Of a stretch of 64,000 bases of DNA, positions 50,822 through 61,877 are shown one piece after another (the first letter of the stretch is position 1; each line of letters starts with the position of its first letter). The stretch is from Basidiobolus meristosporus CBS 931.73 (taxonomy: Eukaryota; Fungi; Basidiobolomycota). Location of the stretch: the NCBI GenBank assembly GCA_002104905.1, contig MCFE01000363.1, positions 23,270 to 87,269 on the forward strand, given 5' to 3'. The translations under genes were made by a program, and so were the position numbers. Under the pieces are notes generated by a model that saw only the letters and a list, made by a program, of their open reading frames with translations, searched no databases and was not told the origin of the DNA.

Positions 50822-52702
50822 ATGGCCAAAGATAAGCTCTACATTTTCGATACCACCCTTCGTGATGGTGAACAAGTAATATGATTTTCCCATTGCCTAA
50901 TCCGAGAATGCCTGCGACGTATCCCGATACTAACTCTGCTACTCTAGTCTCCAGGTGTGAATCTCACTGCCAATGAGAAGGTCGAAATTGCCAAACTTCT
51001 CTCCAAAATGGGTGTCGACATCTGCGAAGCTGGATTCCCCATGTCGTCCGACGGTGATTTCGAGGGTGTCAAGAGAATCGCCAAGGAAGTAGGCCCTTTG
51101 ATGGAAGGCCGCGAGAAAATCGGAAAGCCAATGGTAAGTTTACTTGAGTTACGTTATCCTACTTTGCTTTTGTTAACTAGGCTTCAAAGGTGATCTGTGG
51201 ACTTTCTCGTGCCACCAAAGGTGATATCCAACGCACATACGATGCCGTTAAATGTAAGTGTCTTTAGGATATGGTGGTGTAAAGCGGAGTTGTGTACTTA
51301 AATCTTTCACTTTCCAAGATGCCCCACTCCACCGTATTCATATCTTCCTGGCCACTTCTGATATTCACTTGGAATACAAGCTAAAGATCGACCGTCAGGA
51401 GTGTATTCGTCGTGCTGTTGAGGCAGTGAAATTCGGCAAATCCCTTTGTGATAATATCGAGTTTTCTCCCGAAGATGCCGCCAGAACCGACAAAGATTTC
51501 CTCGTAAGTATCTACCGCTATGCTAATCTATGTGAATGGGGTACTAATCGGGTACTTAGTGCGAGGTACTAGGAAACGTCATTGAAGCAGGTGCCACCAC
51601 CTTGAACATTCCTGATACCGTTGGTATTTGCGTTCCCGAAGAGTATGGTGCACTTTTCAGATATCTCAGAGAGAACACCAAGGGATCCGATAAGGTTATC
51701 TGGTCTGCGCATTGCCAAAACGATCTTGGTTTGGCTACTGCCAATACTCTTTCCGCCATCTCCAACGGAGTCCGTCAAGTTGAAGTGACTATCAACGGTA
51801 TCGGTGAACGTGCCGGAAATACCTCGCTCGAAGAAGTGGTCATGTCCTTGTACACACATCCTGATCATTATCCTGTCTATAATGATATCGATACCACTCA
51901 TATCTACCGTATTTCCCAGCTGGTCATCCAAAGAAGTGGAATGCCCGTTCAACCAAACAAAGCCATTGTCGGTGTTAACGCATTCGCCCACGAATCTGGA
52001 ATTCACCAGGATGGCGTCTTGAAGAATAAGCTCACCTATGAAATCATTGCCCCAGAAATCGTTGGTGTCCCCTCCAACAATTTGGTCCTCGGAAAGCACT
52101 CCGGAAGAAACGCCCTGAAGAACAAGCTTGAGGAACTTCACATATCCCTTAACGATGCCGAGTTCCAGCAGTTCTTCCTTCGTTTCAAGAAGCTCACTGA
52201 CGCCAAGAAGACAATCACCGAGCAAGATATTCTGGCACTTGCCGGAGACGAGTTTGTCAACCAGGATAGCTTGGAAACCTACAAGATTCAGAACATTTTG
52301 ATCACCACCGGAAGTGACGTGCTCTCCACAGCCACTGTCACCCTGGTTGATACAAGCTCGCCAGCTGACGAATCAGAGGGTGAGGATGAGGAGCATAAGA
52401 AGGCCGAAGGCAAGGTTCTGGTCGATGCTGCCATTGGTCACGGTCCAATTCAAGCCGCCTATTTCGCCATCAACAGACTCATTGGACGCAAGATTAGCTT
52501 GAAGCAGTTCGAGATTCAAAGTGTCGGATCTGGTGATGATGCTCTCGGGAAAGTATTCGTCAGTATTGTCCAAGACAGTGAGGACAAGGAAGCCAAGTCC
52601 AAGGCATTTGCTGGACACGGTACTCATAACGACATCATCCAAGCTAGTGTGAAGGCCTATGTGAACGCCATCAACCGTATGATTGAAACCGAAAGAAAGT
52701 AA
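50822..52702 (+). CDS. leuA: 2-isopropylmalate synthase, bacterial/plant-type LeuA, ~543 aa, 5 exons (50822-50875, 50948-51133, 51190-51253, 51319-51503, 51560-52702)
   Basis: [80 protein letters not shown], plus a C-terminal regulatory domain. Exons sum to 1632 nt. Confidence 0.96.
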
Positions 52703-53687
52703 TAAGCCTTGATTCACTAACAATCCGATATTTAGCTTACAAATCTCTCACTGTTACTATATACACTTCAATCCTTTGACAATTCAATAAGTGAAAGCAA
52801 AGCGCATGTCCCTTTCAACTAATACACTCATCCCTTGTTCAATAAAAGTCTTCATATCTGAGCTCCGTTTGCTAAACTAGATGCATGAAGCTGACTGTAT
52901 GAGGTGATTGTTGGCCAAGCTCATGAGTAACACTTCACTTGGATTGGATGGACTTGCAACATGAGGTGTTGCCGTCTGCTTTCCCACAGACCCTTGGCCT
53001 AGCCAGCGGTGGTTCAGGCTGTATACGAGCAGGTTCAGAGAGATGAACGTATATGTTTGGAGATATTCTTATGGGCGCAATCTAGCCTCTAGATCTGACT
53101 GGGGAAACTTACTGTGTAACGACAGAGGACTCTGGATGGAGCCATTCAATATTGGCAGAAGATGGTGTAAGCAGCTGAGTGACGGAGTTTCGGAGAGCCG
53201 AGATAAACTGCCAGCGAGTGCGTTCGTGCCAAAGAGATCCGAAGAAGGTTGTGTAGTATAATCAATAGCTGATAAGGACCAAACCATCAAGTATTATCTG
53301 ATGGGGGTCATTCGCTCGTTCTCTGCGACATTCATGGCTAGCACCGTTGCTTCCGAATCCATCAGAAAATCTGCCGGCCTGTTCGCCGGATAAATAGGGT
53401 GTTTCATGGGGGGGGGTTCCGGCGAAGTGATTACGTTGGAATCTTGTTTATCAACGATAGTCGTTTGCGGATCAGGATCCTCGCAGAACTGGGGTTGGGT
53501 AGCGCAAGGCATAGAACATTTAGGTATTTATTTCGAAATGTGGATAATTTAACCAGGGAGGGTGATTTCTCCAATTTCAGGAACACTCAATTCCGGATAT
53601 ACTTTAAAAGGAAGGTTAACTTGGCCGAAGTGGCATAGGATTTGGTTTTATGTTGATTAATGGGCATAGCAGAGGCATGGATGATGC

Positions 53688-54032
53688 CTAGTTGCTACCG
53701 GTGCGGTTGAAGTAGAGCTTGACGCTCTTTGCCGCCACCCCACCTTCGATGCTACGGGCCCCTCCTTGAGTTGTATACAGAATGTCACCGCTGCAATTGT
53801 CACCCTCATAGAGTTCGACCTTGGTGACTGCGGCCACAGCATAGGATTTAATAGGACCCTTGGTGAGGGGAGCACAGCCTCCGTGAGGGACATTGTCCGG
53901 GTTTTCCAAGTAATCCTCAAAATTTGTTTCAGCAAAGGTGGCGATGTCTAGTCGGATCTGGTCCAGAGGGATACTCTGAGCCTGGACAGCAATTGCGCCA
54001 AACAAAGCCAAGAGAAGAGATTTAGAGATCAT
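53688..54032 (-). CDS. Small secreted protein (114 aa) with a predicted single beta/gamma-crystallin-like domain
   Basis: Signal peptide MISKSLLLALFGAIAVQA. Two Greek-key-like motifs, TFAETNFED...IKSYAV and LYEGDNCSG...AKSVK. Two Cys. The fold is inferred by pattern only. Confidence 0.75.
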   Translation of the reverse strand: MISKSLLLALFGAIAVQAQSIPLDQIRLDIATFAETNFEDYLENPDNVPHGGCAPLTKGPIKSYAVAAVTKVELYEGDNCSGDILYTTQGGARSIEGGVAAKSVKLYFNRTGSN

Positions 54033-55531
54033 GGTGGATCGAGTTACAAGGTTTAATATTTACAATGCAAAGGGACGTTTACTCACGGTGAATGATAGAC
54101 AACACCTGCCGCCGCGAAACTATTTATAAAGAATCGGTTCCCTAAAGCAATGAACGGCCTCGCCGAATATGGAATTGGCACCAGAATCTCAATAAACCCA
54201 TTCATCCAATGCTTCAGTGGGATGATTTGTCTGCGGTACCACCTGTCAAAATGGGCTCGTTGCTGGGTGGAAACAAAGTTGGCCTAGCGAGAATTCGACC
54301 CCTACGAGCGCGCTGGACGAGTTCAAACAAAGAGGTTACTTCATGATGATCGCATCAAAACCTGAATTTTAATTGCATCCATGCTGGGTATTGAGGGACT
54401 GAGTCGCGGACTGAATGCGCCTCGAATCATTGGAATTGCTTGGTGACACTCATCAAAATCCCCGCAAGACATGATTGGAATCGCACTTGCCTTGACTACA
54501 TTTGGGTCGTTTTGATTGTGGGGAGCCGTGGTTTCAGCTCGTAGCAAGATTGAGTACAGCTTAGCTGACTGCATTGGCGTGCATTCGGTAAGTAGGAAAA
54601 GGAGGGGAGAGTGTCTAGACGAATTCCAATCCACAGTTACCAAGTTGTCCAGTAAATTAATTCCACCCTGTGTCACGCATCGCACGAGTTTATACAACAC
54701 CGGGGATCAGGTGTGTACAGCCACCACTACCACTGCGAATCAAAGGCCAGGACGGAGCGTCATTTGGCAACGGGGAGAGGGTATGATAATAATTCGTGAC
54801 CCATTGAACCTGTGTGTTTCTACATCAATCCATTTTGGACCCTCTACTCTTATCAGCATTCGCCGTGTACATCCTTGTTTCGATATTAAAATGGACTATC
54901 TGTCTCAAGGACAGCACCTCAAGATCGCCTAGTGTTCTTGGAATCATTTCTTCGAATCTCTTCGAATTGGTCTTTGGATCGCTAGATAAGAAGTCCCATT
55001 ATCATACATGCCAAACTGGTGCCACAGTTCTATCTGTAAATCGCCGGCTGTCTCTGCTTCGGCCTATACATAATTCATTGCTGGACATGCATGACCGGGT
55101 TCCAAATATCCAAGTTTGGGATGATTCTTTGTATGTGCTGCAATGTTTCCAACTCTTCATGAGCTAAATTCCCTTTTGTGGAAATGTATCATCTAGGTGG
55201 TGATATTCCACTCGATGAACCCTAACCCTACCGTAGTGTTGCAACCCAACAGTCAGACCTACACACACTGCTTGCTGAAAGATACTTGTCCTAATGGCCC
55301 TTGAGGTGTGTGTGTTTTTACATGTAGTAGACCAGTACAGCAAGTGCCAAAGGATATGGAGAGTGGTGATCAAATCAGATTATGTTGCATGAGTTATGGG
55401 TTCCCATGCCTCATCATGATCAAGTTATCATCGAAATTAATCACTCATTTAGGCAGAGTTGCCGGTTCAGGGTGTTTGCTCTTACACAACTTCAAAGCTC
55501 TTGTGTTTCTTTTGGGAGTCCTTTCCGTAAG

Positions 55532-56406
55532 ATGTTGATCTTATCTGTAGCAGCTACCATATTCACGTTAGCCATGTTTCTCTCAAGCCTGTAAACATCC
55601 CTTTGTTCCCATTCAAGGCGCAGCAACGGAAAGAGTGATTAATTATGTTGCGTTTGTAGTTCGGTTGCGCGACGCATCCTGAAAAAGAAAAGAACAGGCC
55701 CAATAACTGTTTATCCCTTTCTCGCCACTTTCACAAGGTTTCTATTCTCTCTTTATTTGATTGCAGGACTCGTGCTTATGAAACCCAGTTGTTTGCTTTG
55801 GTTGCAATACGGCATTTTGAAAGAGGACGTTGTTATCATGATAGTAAATTCAGTGGGAATATTAACGTCTGGAGTATGCACGCTGGTGTATCATCATTAT
55901 ACTATAAAAAAGGTGTCGCTTTTAAAGCTCTCTTCACCTTGTCCATTTCTAACTTGTTACTTTAGGATGGAGTGGAAAATCGGATTCTGTTGCTAATCAT
56001 ATTCATATGCGGCTTTTTGATTCATATCAAACACCTAACTACTGAGAGAGCCATTACCGTGCTAGGGTTTAGCTCCTGTTCAGCCTCGATATGCATGTAT
56101 GGGGCTCCTCTGATAACGACAGTACGTATCCCTTGGCTTAAAACAGGTGAATCGTGACTGACCACTTTTTCATGGATACAACAGTCCAAAGTTATCAACA
56201 CCAAATCGACTGCATCTCTGTCTCTCCCTGTTTCTTCGACCTCGTTTATCAACTGTATCTTGTGGCTAGGCTACGGCTTCATCTTGGAGGACTATTTCAT
56301 CATTATTCCCAATGCACTTGGTGCTCTGCTGGCTGGTTTGCAACTTTCACTCTTCGCAATCTACGGCCAAGCTGCTGATCAGGCCAACGTTCCCCACGAT
56401 GTGTAA
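55532..56406 (+). CDS. SWEET (MtN3/saliva) sugar transporter, ~212 aa, 5 exons (55532-55590, 55660-55737, 55789-55912, 55966-56121, 56185-56406)
   Basis: Two MtN3 repeats: FLSSL...KKKRTG...YPFLATF..CLLWLQYG...NSVG and MYGAPL..KVINTKST.SLSLP....NCILWLGYG...DYFIIIPNALG. Exons sum to 639 nt. Confidence 0.92.
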
Positions 56407-57410
56407 CACCAGGCATGTGGTTTTCGATCGTCGAAAATGGCTAGTGATTTGTATGGAGAGAAACTGTTCCCGACCATTGCGTGTGTTCATTAAAGTGATT
56501 ATATTGCAGCACGATCTGGCCCTTTTGCTTATCTCCCGTGAAACCCGGAACCCTATCAACGCGGCTCTCACAATTATTCATGCTACAACAATGCAATAGT
56601 GCCACTGTTCGTACCATATTGGCTGCGTGGCATATATGCTTCACATCCTCATCTTGAGCATTTCATCAGTATGGTCATAATGGGTCGTTGCTCGACCAAC
56701 AAGCTTCTTTCATATTCATGTGTTATGGTAACGGTTTTGTGGGAAAGTCAGCCAGACCCTAAGGCGGACGAGAGATCTCCCAAATACTGGTGATTTTGGA
56801 GGTTGGGAGTGACCAATATATGCTATCGTGATGTCTGCTCAAACCCGGGCCAAACAGGATCCCCAGAGTGATCAAATCGAATGTTCAAAGTACAGGAAGT
56901 CTACTGATATTCTGTTACACAGGATCTCGATATCCATCAAGTTCAGCTCATCGTGCCATGATTGTTAGTTGTTGAGATCCCTAGTCTGCCTACGCCAGGT
57001 AATCTAGGGAACAGAGCAGAAAAAACAGTTGACAATAATATACGTGAACAGCACAAAGCCCGCCCTGACAGCCTCGACGGTAGAATTCATTGCAAAAGCA
57101 ACCTTGGCGGTATGAGGCTTCAAATGTTTGGGATAATCAAGCATTCGGCATTAAATGATATTGTGCTTCATCAGGCCGCCAGATAGCAGATCCGTGGGTC
57201 ACCTATCTCTTTCCGTGGCCAGATTTTGTACCCGGTTCACTAGTGAGTGCAACACCGCAATGTCGAACAAATTAACAATCGGGATTGAATCTCCCCAAGC
57301 TCCGTCAGTTGGAGCCAACGAGGTGTGGCTTGGCACAATGAACGATGGGTGTCTGGATACTGCTTTCATTATGCATACATTAAGGTTTATTAAGATTACT
57401 TGGACGCTAC

Positions 57411-58349
57411 CTAGCTCTCAAACGCTAGGCTCCGCCTCCAACTTTGGGGCATTGCAATCAAGGCTCCGTCTTTCGAGAACGCGATATGCGCCGTGTGCAT
57501 TGGATTGAAGGGAGGGGAGATTTCCAGATTCTGTCCGAGTGGGATTAGCTGGCTGGTCTTCTGGAGGGGTGGTCAGATGTGCTTACCTTACGATTTCGAG
57601 GCAGTTGTAAGCTCGGGCGATGCGTGGAATTCCTCTGGTGGGTCTTATCCCCCTGGTTGGATTGGATGGTCGAGCGCTGAGGATTCGATTCCTGCTTGTT
57701 CAGGTCGTCGGCACAGACACTCTTTCTTGACACTCTCACCTCGTAGACGAGGCTGTGAGGCTTCTGGGGAGGGGCACTGGCTCTTCTCGTATCCGAGACT
57801 TTTGGGTGGATCTTGCTTGGTAGATGAGACACAGAATCAAGATGATCCAGTGAAACCAGGTACATCGAATCCACTGGCAAGTCCTAAGGGAAAACTCCAT
57901 CGTTCAGCCACCTGATGCATATCTCAGTGGGATACAAGACTTACAATGATCTCCTTTGTGGCCGGATCCACTCCAGCATGTCTACAATGCACAAAATTGA
58001 ATGGGGTGGAGATTTCGGGGGCTTTTTTGGGCTTTAATAGGTCTGGGAAGGCACGTTAGCGTCGGATCTGCTCGAAGGGGATCGGAGACGATGGTTCGCA
58101 CTTACTACGTATCGAACGCACAATCGAGGTGAGGAACCTTGGGCTTTTTTTGGGCTTCGATGGGTCTGTTTGCTGGATCGAGGCCTGGTTGGATTCAGAG
58201 TATGTCGAACATGTACAGATACTGCTGGATCTTTGCGAAGGGTTATGGGGATTTTGCTGGGGCCTCAACCTTACCAGAGGCGTTGCGGCATACTCGGATA
58301 TCGAGGCAGGTCCAGCCGGCGGAGCTACCCAGCATTGGAGGCTTGTCAT
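57411..58349 (-). CDS. Kinase-less protein with two CRIB/PBD motifs (putative Cdc42/Rac effector), ~252 aa, 4 exons (58349-58106, 58042-57945, 57883-57587, 57530-57411)
   Basis: Three canonical GTAAG...YAG introns join the exons in frame (759 nt). CRIB1 is EISTPFNFVHCRHAGVDPATKEII/DLP. CRIB2 is EISPPFNPMHTAHIAFSKDGALIAMPQSW, followed by TAG after 9 more codons. The start codon is inferred. Confidence 0.8.
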
Positions 58350-60602
58350 CACAGATGAAAGGATCGCACCGGTGGGTAAGCAAGTATTGATAAATCAACA
58401 GTGACAGCTAATGTCCTACTACTGCAAATAAATAAACGCTGCGGGTGCAAAAATATCCGTGGGCTGGGGGTGGGTCGATGTCCTTTTATAGCGGTGGTTG
58501 CCGTAGCATTTCATGCACAGCTCCTCTCATTCAAGCTTCTGGCCCAGTTCGCAACCAATGATCCCATTGTGTCCATTGGGCGGTTCATGCCGTACGCAGC
58601 TTGGGTGGGATGTTCATAATGGGATCTGAAACCCGCTTGGCTCAGAATGCGAGAATTTCCTGTTCACCAGAAGCACCATAAGGTTTAGCCAGAGATCGCG
58701 GTTGGATTTGATCGAGTCCTCCGAAGCAACTCAGGTTAGTTTCGGTACTAAGGCGGCGATACATCAATCAATTCGGGTTCCACAGACAATTTAGTAGCAA
58801 GCTCACCAGTTTCCACATGATAGACCACTCAGTATTGGTGGTACATAGGTGAAGATGAACGCCAACAGAATCCGTCTGGTAGCATTGGACGGACGGGTGA
58901 CGGTCAACAGTCAATTCCACCATGGACATCACCTTCCATACAAATCCCCTCCCGCCATTGCTACAATGCATCCGGCCCATTCCTTATACTGCCAGATGGA
59001 TATAATGCCCTGCCCATTGTCTGGCCTGTAACATCGGCCTGCTCCACCCAAATCATCACTGACTCATAAGACAAATGAATCATCAGCAATCGATAACGCG
59101 AACTTGGCGCTCATCAAGCAGATCGCACGACCGCATCTCCCGTGGAATCCGGTTCACCCGACTTTCCACAAGCCCATTGTTCATCTCGCGACGGCCGTGA
59201 TCCGGTTTCTATGGGAGAAGGTGGTGTCGATTGTTTGGCATCCGACCATTTGAGACAAATGAAATCTTCAGCCAATTCTTACCGAAACCCGTTGATCTCC
59301 TTAAACTTGCTCTTTGAAGGCTGCTCGCTACCAACATTGGATCCGTACGGCGGACATCACCCAGATCGTACTGATCACGATCGCCTGGAATCGTATGCAT
59401 GATTTCGCGTTGCCGGGGGGATGAAAGCTCCAAATCGTTTGGTGCCAAGTGAATTGATTGATGGGTATTTGCCAACATGAAAACCCCGCTGGTTCTTGTC
59501 GCTTGCGAGAGGCTTTGCGATGGTTGGATGTCCTAAGCTCATCAGTTCGTGACCTCCGGTATCGTTGTCAACCACCCTTCTGGGCGCCGTGCTAGCATGC
59601 AAAGGACACGGAAGAGCAAAGATGAAGGGTCCTGATTATGTAAGGGCTGCGACCTGTCCAACCAGTTAAGCGCCATTTTGTCATCAAGCAAATCCACTTT
59701 CAACCCGAGAGCCAATTATAGTGCGGTGAGGATGAATCCAATTGAGACGACATTTTGGAGGGATTATTACGGGGGTCAGATCCATTCTAAATGCACCGTC
59801 ATTATGGTTGCGTGGTAGATTAAAACTGCCCGTCTATTAATAGAACTGCTAACTAAACTTGTCACGATCAGCATTGACCAGACTGTCCAGTGGGCTCCAT
59901 CCCTGGATTCGGCAACCTCTCCAAGAGCAATTATCATATTACTCATTGTCCAGTAATACTCCCTGCGTCTCTTGGCCTTAGCCAATCATACCCCAAGAAA
60001 GCAGAATTCCGACTCACCCAAGGTCCTCATTGATTGGCCTTGGCTTGGGCTATTAATGGCCAGCATCAAGCTATGCTTAGATCGGCTTGCTGTATTTGAG
60101 ACGTCTGCATTGTAGGTTCTGGGCGATATGATGATTCACTTGCTACACATGATCATTGTAGTGCTGAAATGCTCACGTTCAATGATCCCCAGCTTTGGTT
60201 ATTGGATATAAGGCCAGCCATGCATACTTGAGGATCGTGGCATAATCATACACACTTTGAAAGAAGCCATTGCTCCTGAGTTGTATGTAATATTTTCCTT
60301 CAAATATATTTTAGGAGTTTGTGTTTATTTGATTACAAATATGGTACTTTATAACATGGCAATATTGCTCTGACCAGAGCAGCTTTGTTAGATGGGGCAT
60401 TCCTGGAGTGCATCCAGAGTATATACAATATATGCCACTCATGTGGTTGTTTCCTTGTAAGTTGATCACTTTGCCATTGAGCTACTAACAAATGAGAGCA
60501 TGCAAACAAGTGTTGTGTGGCAAAGCACCAGCCATACTGTCTGAAATACCTTCTGTGCTACCTACATGCATAGCTTATCATGGTGTCTGTAAAGGCCTGC
60601 AT

Positions 60603-60840
60603 TGTTAGGTGAGTATTTAGGTGGAATTACAAATATTTTGCAACTGAGTCGCTTGGATCATTACCTACAAATCTTAGAGAATACTGACCAAATTCCTTGC
60701 CAGGATTTATTTGGTATATTTTCACCAAAATTTTAGGTACCCAGAACGCAAAAATTCCCAAAGTTGTCTATGCAGCCTCAAGATTTGCACACATGTTCTT
60801 GGGACCTTCTAAACATATTCTACATGTTTGTAATGCCAGT
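60603..60840 (+). mobile_element. 3'-truncated LTR of the copia family whose first ~40 bp are inverted
   Basis: 60645-60840 is collinear with the family LTR (gatcattacc...gagaatactgaccaaattccttg...tttgtaatgcca). 60604-60644 is the reverse complement of the LTR 5' end. Confidence 0.8.
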
Positions 60841-60869
60841 ACCCTGCAAGACATATGGAAGGGTCCACA

Positions 60870-61200
60870 TGACAATGGCTTTATGGGTTGGAAGACTCAA
60901 TCAAAGGCAATTGGGATGTTCTAGAAGAGTCCTATATGATATGCTCTCTATATGCCAAAGGATACCACTATGAAGCCCTCCTGCTATCCTCACAGAAGAA
61001 AAGCAGTGAGAGCTACAAAGCCTACACTGAGCTATTTCTCCAACAAATTTGATGTCTCCCAAAGTAGGAAGTTTCCAAGCAACAGCTCATGAGGTAATAC
61101 ATCATGGGCTTAGACAACAAAATAAGACAAAGGACATCCAAAGAACAACAGGGATGTGAAATGTTGCAAGAGTTGGCTGAACAAGTAACAGGGGTCTTCA
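60870..61200 (+). mobile_element. Degenerate Ty3/gypsy-type gag (Retrotrans_gag-like) fragment
   Basis: WEDSIKGNWDVLEESY...QKKSSESYKAYTELF...YIMGLDNKIR, with stops, resembles the retrotransposon capsid pattern (W..F...F; L.Q..ES...Y...F; FI.GL...IR). Confidence 0.45.
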
Positions 61201-61535
61201 TACTATGGTAGCTACCCTATAATGATACAGGTGATCAAAGAACAGGGATCCCCTGCAAGAAAGGAGAAATTGCCTCCCCTAAAGACTAAGAGTTAGAGGA
61301 ATTACAGCAAAAGGTCCAAGAACCCTTGATTAATGATGTCCAGGAAGTCCCCAAAGAAGATGCTAAGCTCTGGGAAGCTGTTGTAGATCTTAAGGCCCTG
61401 GTATATGCCCTGATCCAACAGATGGAACAATCACAACAATTTATGCCCAGCAGTAAGAATAGCTAAACCCTATGAAAAATAATTTGGTCCCATGGGTGGA
61501 TCTAATCCAGATCAGCTATCAGGATCCTATTAAGA

Positions 61536-61865
61536 TGTTGTGAAAATTCTTAATCCACCTGTATACTCACCTAACTTAGTCACTTAGATCATTACCTTCA
61601 AATCCTAGAGAATACTGACCAAATTCCTTGTTGGGATTTACTTGGAATATTTACCAGAACATGAAAATTAAATAAGTTGTCCAAACAGTCCCAAACTTTG
61701 CACACATGTTCCTGGGACCTTCCTTAACCTATTCTACGTGTTTGTAATGCCAAGACCATGTAAAAGTATAAATACTAGTTTTACATTCAATAAATCATCA
61801 AGAGAAAACCACATAATCTACTTGTTCTCCCAATCACTTCCAATATCTCCAAGACTCTTACAACA
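61536..61865 (+). repeat. 5' LTR (330 bp) of the copia element
   Basis: TG...CA termini, TATA-like gtataaata and aataaa inside. Homologous to 29525-29856. Confidence 0.95.
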
Positions 61866-61877
61866 GGTTATGAGCCC
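61866..61877 (+). promoter_or_regulatory. Primer-binding site GGTTATGAGCCC (half tRNA-iMet type)
   Basis: Immediately follows the LTR. This PBS type is known from Drosophila copia and yeast Ty5. Confidence 0.92.

Noticed and set aside
53069-53512. Two adjacent minus-strand ORFs downstream of the secreted protein
   Set aside because: No consistent splice model or domain could be built.
58700-59700. Kinase-like words (VAMAGGDL, VRVIDC) upstream of the tandem-CRIB gene
   Set aside because: There are no HRD, DFG or APE motifs, there are many stops, and the segment lies 5' of the CRIBs (opposite to PAK order), so it is not evidence of a kinase domain.
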